From Octopus bimaculoides (taxonomy: Eukaryota): 64,000 bases of DNA. How positions within the stretch are numbered: the first letter of the stretch is position 1; every line of letters begins with the position of its first letter. Positions 54,705 through 64,000 of this stretch are shown here, piece after piece. The position numbers and the translations under genes are program-made. The stretch is taken from assembly GCF_001194135.2 (NCBI RefSeq), contig NC_068990.1, positions 82,795,476-82,859,475 on the forward strand, given 5' to 3'. The notes under the pieces were generated by a model, which searched no databases, was not told the DNA's origin, and saw nothing but the letters and a program-made list of their open reading frames with translations.

Positions 54705-55394
54705 GTCTACTATAGGCACAAGGCCTGGAAATTTGGGGGAGGCACTAGTCGATTACATCGACCCCAGTGTTTCACGGGCGCTTAATTTATCGACTCCGGA
54801 AGGATGAAAAGCAAAGTCGACCTCGGCGGAATTTGAATTCAGAACATAGCGACAGGCGAAATACCGCTAAGCATTTTGTCCGGCGCGCTAACGATTCTTA
54901 TTTCATTACTGCCCGCAAGGGCAATACATAAGGGACTACACACAGAGGGGACTAACAAGGACAGACAAACGGATTAAGTCGATTATATCGACCCCAGTGC
55001 GTAACTGGTAATTATTTAATTGACCCCGAAAGGATGAAAGGCAAAGTCGACCTCGGCGGAATTTGAACTCAGAGCATAGCAACAGGCGAAATACCGCTAA
55101 GAATTTCGTCCGGCCCGCTAACAATTCTTATTTCTTTATTTCCCACAAGGGGCTAAACATAGAGGGGACAAACAAGGACAAACAAAGGGATTAAGTCGAT
55201 TATATCGACCCCAGTGCGTAACTGGTACTTATTTAATCGACCCCGAAAGGATGAAAGGCGGGTAATTATTTAATCGACCCTGAAAGGGTGAAAGGCGAAG
55301 TCGACCTCGGCTCGAATTTGAACTCAGAACGTAACGACAGACGAAATACCGCTAAACATCTCGTCCGGCGCGCTGACGATTCTGCCAGCTCGCT
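54705..55394 (-). mobile_element. Head-to-tail SINE family A trimer (one tail-1 plus two tail-2 units) with a small internal duplication
   Basis: Three cores; junctions ctaac(g/a)attct|tatttc at about 54898 and 55128; single intact head at 55380-55394. Confidence 0.92.
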
Positions 55395-55463
55395 ATCTTT
55401 CATGCTGTGAATAATAATTGATCTCTGAAGGCGGTGACTGGGAGAATCGTTAACACACCGAAT

Positions 55464-55515
<52 letters not shown>

Positions 55516-56959
55516 AGAAACCGTAACGTTTGTAAAATGAGAAGTATTGATTTTGCAGTGAATTCTTCGACAAGTTGTATTTCCTCATTCAGTGTTCATG
55601 TTTACTGTGAAACAAAGTGTTAAGCGTCAATTTCCGAACTTATGTAACAATAAATAGGTGACAATGTGCAACATTGACAATTAAATTGTTGTGATTTAAT
55701 TAGTCACCGGTTAATTAGGTGACATGATTGGGCTTAAAACCACCTTAGATTAATTTACAAGGTTATTATTTTTTTTTTTCCGTGGTATGTTACTAGTTAT
55801 CCATTCTAGAAAAGTAATTAGGCGATATACTTTTATATCAAGTTATTGGTATCACATCTGGTTTTCAATAATCATCGACGTGTTTGTCTGTATTAGAGTA
55901 AGTTTCCTGATTATAGCAGTTGTATCATGTAACCTTTTAATGAGTATCAGCATTTATAAGCAGCGTAGGTGTAATAGATGACACATCCAATAATTATACA
56001 TAGCATCAGATTTTAGGAAATCTGCTTGGTGTGATAGCACCGATCATACCATGGCTTTCATGCGGTGCACGTCTGTGTGTAATTTCATTTGCAGATTGAA
56101 TTCTGCAAACAGAATTAACTTGAAATATCAAGATTTATTGTGGACAGATTTAAAAGCAAAACCTGAGACATATTTTAATGGAAATCTTCGGTTCTTTTCT
56201 GAAGCGTTGTGGTATCTTAATCGTTCTTTCTTTCTAGATCATATGTTAAGAGACTAAATTGCGGGAGATTTGATGTTTAATCCAGTAAGGGTCTTAATAT
56301 ATCCTGCCAATTATTTGGTCTTAGAAGTTTATAAGAGATTACGTATTAGAGGAATGTATCTAGCCCGGTATATAGTGTTATCGCATTATACAACGGCACC
56401 TATAAACAGCTTATAAATAGATATCGCTCAAGTGTGACTAGGTCCAACACTGAATACTTTGTAAAGATTAAATACTAAATTTTCTATCTGAATGTATCAA
56501 GCCAATTTGATGAAAAGATTCTCAAGTTACGAAAAGGTTCTGCTGTTGAGTTTAGTAAAATATTGATTTCTCGCGAAAGTGTTTGACTATTTGTTTTCAT
56601 TTTACGTTTAAAAACTCAACTCGTCTAATGAAAAATAAAAAAGAAAAGAAAATATTTGATTTCATTCATGAATTTATTTATTTATTTATTTTATTTATTT
56701 TATTTATATTGTTTCGACAGAAAGATTTCTTTGAAGTGAGTTTGGATTTTAGAAGTCGACACTTTCTCATTCGAGTTAATGATTGGATTGACTGTTTTAT
56801 TTCTTGAACACAGAGAAGGTTGGGCGATGTGAAATAGCGTTAGTGGTGCGTGTCTTAAATGGCGATCAGCTGAAAAGCCGACTGACCCATCCGGAATAAG
56901 ACGGCAATTAACAAAATGAAGTCACTCTAGAAAATTAACAGGCTCTGAAACTACCGTTT

Positions 56960-57009
<50 letters not shown>

Positions 57010-57080
57010 GCCATCACAACCACCACCACCACTACTGCTACTGCTACTGCTTATTTTTCCTTTATTCTGCTACTGCTGCT
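56960..57080. repeat. (ACT)/(ACC)/(GCT)n compound microsatellite
   Basis: Directly visible. Confidence 0.93.
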
Positions 57081-57309
57081 GCTGCAACTGTCATGAACAA
57101 CATTTATTTTATTTCTCTACCGTCATCCTCAACAGAAATAGCAACATCTCTACAATTACCATCATCATCTTCACCATTAGTATCATTCCTCATCTTCTGC
57201 TACTGTTAATACTTTAACCATAGCCAACATTACCGCCTCATCACCTGAATACCTTATTACCTCATCAGATTACCTACTATTAGTTTTAAATTAATTTTTT
57301 TTTTCAATC

Positions 57310-57695
57310 AGCAATTCTGGTGGAGCGAATAGATTACATCGACTTCAGTGTTCAACTGGTACCCATTTTATCGACCCAGGAAGGGACGAAAGGCAAAAAC
57401 TCGACATTGGTGGTATTTGAGCTCGGAACGGACGAAATGCTGCCAAGTAGTTTGCACGGCGGGCTAACGAATCGGCCAGCTGGCACCTTAACAAATCTCT
57501 TATTATTGATTTCAAACTTTGGCACAAGGCCAGCAATTTCATCGGAAGGCGTAAGACGATTACATTCATCCCAGAACTCAACTGGTACTTATTTTATCGA
57601 ACTCGAAATGATGAAAGGCGAAGCCGACCTCAACTGAAATTGGTTTCAGAACGTAAAGCCGGAGGAAATGCGGCAAAGCATTTTGTCCGATGTAC
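57310..57695 (-). mobile_element. Two adjacent diverged SINE family A copies (57310-57489 and 57495-57695)
   Basis: Each has gattacat..., a tcgac/gaaaggc core and head remnants. Confidence 0.85.
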
Positions 57696-58010
57696 TACAA
57701 AGACCTGAAAATAAGGTAACTCGAATGTGGAGTCTAAAAACAGAAGCAATTCCTATCATAAGGTATTTTATCATTAGGTATGATAAAAAGAATATTCAGA
57801 GAAATACATAACAAAAACACCAGGACTAGCAAGTATATATAACATACAGAAAATAGCACTACTAGGTACTGCACTCATCCTACGTAAAACACTTTCAATA
57901 CAGTAACCATAAGAGCATCACAACAAACCACAGCACACACCCAAGGCACACAGAGCTGCGCTCGGTAGTGCATTGAAAGCAAGTGATGAAAATAAAGACT
58001 ACTGAATAAT
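57696..58010 (+). mobile_element. R4/Dong-clade LINE 3' end (C-terminus plus 3' UTR)
   Basis: YKDLKI..VTRMWSLKTEAIPII...NIQKIALLGTALILRKTLSIQ* (stop at 57904-57906), then a UTR ending actgaataat. Confidence 0.88.
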
Positions 58011-58017
58011 CCTAAAA

Positions 58018-58186
58018 ATGTACGTTGTTTTGTATTGGTATAAAAATGGGCTACAGCAAATATTCTGCTCAATACCACAGATTTGCTTGTCAGTTGTTTC
58101 ACCATAACCAGTTAAGCATGTTTCTTGATGGCTGACAATATGTGCAATTCTGACCACAAACAGAAGTAATGGGGAAACATCATAAC
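58018..58186. mobile_element. Partial copy of the 47.2-kb unclassified repeat
   Basis: ggtataaaaatgggctacagcaaatattctgctcaataccacagatttgcttgtcagttgttt is shared with 47260-47330. Confidence 0.88.
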
Positions 58187-58199
58187 TCATTCTCCTGTT

Positions 58200-59150
58200 C
58201 GACACCCTTTGTAACTAAAAGTGTTTGTTCCCGTGTTGAGTGTGGTTGACTCCCTGCAAAGTTGGCCTTGCCTTTTGGTTTTATTTTTTGTTTCTGGGTT
58301 TTCTTTGTCCTTCTTGCCCGTTCTAGATTCACTAGTAATCTATTCCCCCGTTTGCTTTCCATCCCCGCTTTATTAACATTAGACGATGGAGTGGCAAGCT
58401 TAATTATTGTGAAAAAAACTGAATAAATCGGCCACTTTGTTATTTTCAGGTAATGAGAACAAAGGTGGTCTGTGATCTTGCAGACCCGCACCTAACGTCT
58501 CTCCAAGAACTTCCAACTATGTTGATTGCTGTTGCTCCTTCTGTTTTACCCCTTTTAGTTTTATTCTCAGGTTTGTAGCGGCTGGAAATGTTGGGCCTAA
58601 TTACAGCAATGCACCCACTGGGCATCTAGAAGAGTCGACAACTCCAGAAGGGATCAATTGTTTTGTTGGTTCAGGTGCAATTGTATCTCCAAATAGTACC
58701 CCACCCAGTAATATTCTGTCAAAAGTCAGATGAGCAGTGAATCCCTGCTTATGTTATGCAATAAATGTAACCACAGATCGGGATGGTCAATACTGGTGTT
58801 TTATCTCTGTAGGATTAGTTTGAGGGAAGGCATATAGCACAAACCATAAGCTGTCTCCCAGTCTCTTCGTAGGTTTTAAACACAGCTCAATTTTTATGTT
58901 CTCCCTCACCCAGTGTTGGAAATCTCAGTTCATGTATGAGCGAGTGCTGCAATTTTTTTCGATGTAATATGGAAGCCTCTACCCTTTTGTAACGTACAAG
59001 TCGATTACCGTTCTTCTCTCTCGTGGCAACTTTTAGGAGGGAGCTGCCTGATTTTATGTTATAATATGCCTGGAACACATCTCTTGAAAAACGCGTATGC
59101 AAAAGATACGCAATAGTTATATTTCTATCGTTATTTGCAGTTGGCAAAAC
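58200..59150 (-). mobile_element. Possible decayed LINE ORF1-like remnant
   Basis: Higher-complexity block, pyrimidine-rich on the + strand; only a weak, frameshifted Cys-rich knuckle-like trace. Confidence 0.2.
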
Positions 59151-59591
59151 TTGTAAGTGTTGTCAAAAAATCACTAAAATTCTTCATAGTAATGTCATTT
59201 TCTATAGAGAAATCATATTTGCTTTCTTTAAAAAAATAATGAAAAACATTTGTAATGTGTTCTTCAATATTCTCGTTCATTTTGTGTTTTGTTTGTAGTG
59301 ATACACGTTTTCATCATTTTTCTGTTTTTGGGTGGCGCGGGGGGGAGGCATGGTTGGAATTTCTCTTAACCGTTTTGTATGGCATATGTATGAATAAAGA
59401 TGAGTAATGTAACACAAATATTATTTGTTTAAAAGCAAACATGATTTTTCATCTCAACCCTGTATGGCAGTTATCCAATTTCTCCGGAGCCACTGAATGC
59501 GAATATATTCGGAAACCAAATTCTCATTCCATGCGGTTTTACGTGGTGATATACAGCCAGTACTTGACTATACAACATTTTATCGACTACA

Positions 59592-59671
<80 letters not shown>

Positions 59672-59672
<1 letters not shown>

Positions 59673-59860
59673 TCTTTCTACTATAGACACAAGTCATGAA
59701 ATTTGGAGGGACGGTGTTAGTCGATTACATCGACGCCAGTGTTCAATTGATACTCATTTTACCGACCCTGAAATGATGAAAGGCAAAGTCGACCTCGGCG
59801 GAATTTGATCGCAGAACGTAAAGACGGACGAAATGCCGCTAAGGATTCTGCCCGACACCC
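59672..59860 (-). mobile_element. SINE family A, tail type 1, preceded by (AAT)n
   Basis: ttctactatagacacaag...gatgaaaggcaaagtcgacctcggcggaattt...gaaatgccgctaag. Confidence 0.9.
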
Positions 59861-60756
59861 TAATGATAGCCTTAGCCATCTCACAGCCTTGGCCTTGCGC
59901 ATATATTAGACATGATTACTACTGCTATCGAGTAAAATACGTGAGGCACCTCTTATGTTGAAGGCTGCCAGAATTGTTAGCGATTCGCTAGTTAGCTATT
60001 GTACTTTATGCTCCATACCACCGACGACAGCATTGCATTTCAGCCTAACGGTGGTGGGGGCCGACAAAAATAAGAACTTGTCAAATACGGAATAAGTCAT
60101 AATCAACAATATTCTTGCCACAGAACGGAGGTCTAGTGACCATGTCGCAGCTTCGTATGTTAAAGGTGATGATGACGATAGTTTATGACATATGTTACTT
60201 TGGACAGTGACTCAAAACTGCGCTATCGTCAACAGCCTCCTCTAATACTATTGTCACGAAAGTAAGAAGAATGTTACGATAGAAAACCATTTCATCATAA
60301 GTCTCCTTTAATAATGCTGACCTAAACTTAACCACAAAGATCATAGTGAATTTGGCATTCCTTCAGCTACTACCTTTTTAGATAGACGTTAAAATACTGA
60401 GATTGAACATAAATTTAGTCGGGTCGCAACAGTCAGAGAGTAGTAGCTGCAGTGATTCACCTAGGAATATATTCCATTGGATTCATCCCAAATGTTAAGA
60501 ATTTTGTTTGTCATGGAAGTTTAGATATTTCATTTGCCACCTCATGGAGGCTGGAATATTGCCATACAGTCGGTGAATCTCTATGGCTGGAATATTGCCA
60601 TAAGAGTTGGTGAAACAGTGAACTGAGTAGAATAATAAATTCGATGACTTTGAGTTTCTGATGATTTCTCATGGCGGACACGTACAAAGAACTTTACCAA
60701 AATATGCTAAAATACACTCTAAGGGGTAAATTTTACTTCAAATAATAGCTCGTCGC

Positions 60757-60787
<31 letters not shown>

Positions 60788-61384
60788 NNNNNNNNNNNNN
60801 NNNNNNNNNNNNNNNNNNNNNNNNNNNNNNNNNNNNNNNNNNNNNNNNNNNNNNNNNNNNNNNNNNNNNNNNNNNNNNNNNNNNNNNNNNNNNNNNNNNN
60901 NNNNNNNNNNNNNNNNNNNNNNNNNNNNNNNNNNNNNNNNNNNNNNNNNNNNNNNNNNNNNNNNNNNNNNNNNNNNNNNNNNNNNNNNNNNNNNNNNNNN
61001 NNNNNNNNNNNNNNNNNNNNNNNNNNNNNNNNNNNNNNNNNNNNNNNNNNNNNNNNNNNNNNNNNNNNNNNNNNNNNNNNNNNNNNNNNNNNNNNNNNNN
61101 NNNNNNNNNNNNNNNNNNNNNNNNNNNNNNNNNNNNNNNNNNNNNNNNNNNNNNNNNNNNNNNNNNNNNNNNNNNNNNNNNNNNNNNNNNNNNNNNNNNN
61201 NNNNNNNNNNNNNNNNNNNNNNNNNNNNNNNNNNNNNNNNNNNNNNNNNNNNNNNNNNNNNNNNNNNNNNNNNNNNNNNNNNNNNNNNNNNNNNNNNNNN
61301 NNNNNNNNNNNNNNTATATATATATATATATATATATACATACACACATAGATATGTATATATGTGTGTGAGTAAGTTTCTTTT

Positions 61385-61490
61385 ATTCATTTATTTGTCT
61401 TAGTCATTCGACTGCGGCCATGTTGGAGCACAGCCTTTAGTCGAGCAAATCGACAGCAAGACTTATTCTTTTTAAGCTTAGTTGCTTCTT
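61385..61490 (-). mobile_element. SINE family B 3' fragment
   Basis: gtcattcgactgcggccatgttggagcacagcctttagtcgagcaaatcgac. Confidence 0.82.
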
Positions 61491-62353
61491 AACACACAGC
61501 CACCCCTGCGCCTGTACATACATACATTCAGACACACACACACAATCACACACACACACACACAGACACACACACACGTATATATCAGTAGATATAAATT
61601 CATGTGTGTGTTAGTACGTATCGATGTAGTCACACATACGTATACACAAATGCACATATATGCGTCTATAGTATGTTTATATATATGTGGTTGTGTTGAA
61701 GATTTCTTCTCTTTTATGCATGTGTATTCATAAAAGAATCAGTTTGCGTTAAGCGTATTTTTTGGCAGGCAGCCATCTTTCTATTAAAGTACAAACGTTC
61801 TAAAAGTCCATGGAAAAAATATATACACGACGTGTTTTCTTATATATAACGGAATGGTTATCTCACCATGGGAAAACCGAAGCAAGCTATGTTTTATAGT
61901 AGCACATATTTTCGAAGAAACATGTGACCCTGTTCTTCTTTATATAAATAATATTCATAATCATGCCCTCTAATCATGAAATTCGATGGTTAAATAATTT
62001 TAAAATATCACTCTGAATTCAAAAATAGTGTAACATTCAATATTCATGTCATTTGAAATAACCATGTACATTTATCTTTTCATGCAAATTAGATCATCTC
62101 TTTGAAACTTACGGATATATTAATTCTTTGGATTCTTGATAATATATGTGAAGAACGGTTGATAGGTGAGTAATTTTAAAGATATTTATCTATGACTAAG
62201 ATATTACAAAGTGACTAATAATATTCCCAATTCTCAAAAGTTAAAACCTGAAAGGTTTTGGTTTGTTATGAGATGAATGTGAATCATATATTAGTGTATC
62301 ACTTAGCTTCATCCGACTACATATATATGATAGATAGCTAGACAGATAGATAT

Positions 62354-62412
<59 letters not shown>

Positions 62413-64000
62413 TGTGTATATATATATATACATGTATTTATATAATATACATATATACATATATATATACCTATATGTATATACATATAAATATATATAT
62501 ACACACGCACACATATATATATATTTATATATACACCCATATATGGATGTGTGTACGGATGAAATATAATAATACATACATGTGTATCTATGTAATCCGT
62601 GTCAATTCATTGTGTGTATTTATGTATGTCTGCATGCATGTATGTTTGTATTTATGTAAGTGTGTATGTATGTACGTATGTATAGATGTTTGTACGTATG
62701 TATGTCTTTATGTATGCATATATGTATGTATTTATGTATGTATGTACGTATGTATGTTCTTCAGTTTTAATTATCTAAATTATTCCTGTGGGGAAGGAAC
62801 TGATTTCTAACAAACATACAAAGTTCCATCTTTGGAATGTAGATAACAAAAGCAATATCACATTTTAAACTTAAGAAAAGTCATGCATATCTTAACTGTT
62901 CCACTTATAAATTGTATTTGTGATATGCGTGTCAGCTGGTTGAAATCTTTATCTGGAAGCCTTAGTTTATTCAGATTCTCACTTAAGCATTTACACGCAA
63001 AACCAAGGCAGCAATTATTATTGGTAAAGATGTGAAATTATAATCTAGATAAAAAAAAAGCTGGTGGTGTTGAAGTATTTTAGATGTATATGAATATGTA
63101 AATGAAAAGAAACTTTTATACCTTGCTTTAAAACATATCCTTGTGTAAATTACTGCTCATCTATAAATTTAGTAAAACAATTAAACACGGATGATGAAAT
63201 GGATAGAAAAACGGAAAATGCAGTAGGTTATATGATAAAATAGATAAAATAGATAATGGATTCGAGGCGGGTGTTAGTTAAACTACAAAGAAAAGATCAA
63301 TTATTTAATCGATGTGTGAACAATGGACTTTGATAACGTATTTACTTGCCTCTAAAAACATTAGTAACGTTAGTGAATAAACGTATCATATTTTCATCGA
63401 AACAGGACACAAAATTTGGCATACATTAAATGGAAGTTTAACAAGTGTAATCATAAAAAAAGGAATGTGCTGTGTGAAGAGTTGTTAAGCGGTGGCATTC
63501 CTTTTTACTTCCTTTTTTATTTCTCTTTTTCTACTCAGTTTGCAATTCTTTTACGTCAATGGGTAGCATAATTGCCAATATTTGCAATCTGATTCATATG
63601 AGTTCGTCGCAGTTGTCATCAACATGAAGCCGTTAAGGCAATAAGAGGTTATTTTTTATTCAACTCACCCAATATATACGCATATTAATATATCTAATAC
63701 GAACAACATGAAATACAATAAATACAATGTGTTCATAGGTTGTTTTTGTTATCCTGTATAGTCATTGTTTCTCCGATATCACACACTTTTCTTTTATGAT
63801 AGGTGTTTGGGTACATACATACTCATGCAAACACACGCACATATTCTGCTGCAGAAATCGATGTTTCTCAATGCAAGAAGATTGCAAACATGGCCATCTA
63901 CGTATGACGGAGGACGCCACCTGATGTTTTATTCCAACAAGAGCACGTAACTCAAGAAGGTCAGTATCTTCACGTGTCTGGATGGTGAGGCGGGTTCTGT

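Noticed and set aside
60060-60330. Minus-strand LTYEAATWSL (RTE-like)
   Set aside because: Single short motif with no flanking support.
60548-60604. 18-bp direct repeat ggctggaatattgccata twice (CRISPR-like spacing)
   Set aside because: Only two copies with related spacers in eukaryotic DNA; a simple tandem duplication.
63850-63962. Acceptor/donor-bounded segment near the window end
   Set aside because: All three frames contain stops between the sites.

Overview
AT-rich eukaryotic genomic DNA with 12 assembly gaps. Dense (TA)n/(CA)n/(AAT)n/(GATA)n microsatellites and the SINE families suggest an octopus genome (inference from recalled repeat sequences, not a database search). No host protein-coding gene can be supported. 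Nearly all long ORFs in the track are microsatellite or N-run artefacts. The recognisable coding remnants are all decayed transposons: several R4/Dong-clade LINE fragments (RT core with YMDD, zinc knuckle/RLE region, 3' ends), a mariner transposase C-terminus, and an internally deleted piggyBac (TTAA TSD, TIRs) nested in a SINE. There are also a Helentron/HINE-like element, about 25 SINE copies of two families, and an unclassified (AAT)n-flanked repeat. The most interesting signals are structural. (1) A ~355-bp foldback element at 49.57-49.92 kb carries a type I hammerhead-ribozyme fold in each arm, and more degenerate minimal hammerheads lie at 5.6 and 36.45-36.6 kb. (2) A spacer-less 126-bp palindrome lies at 6.0 kb. 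(3) A 198-bp inverted repeat pair bounded by TTAA spans 4 kb at 14.4-18.4 kb. (4) SINE-into-SINE arrays share the same junction at two loci. Identities and mismatch counts are by-eye estimates.
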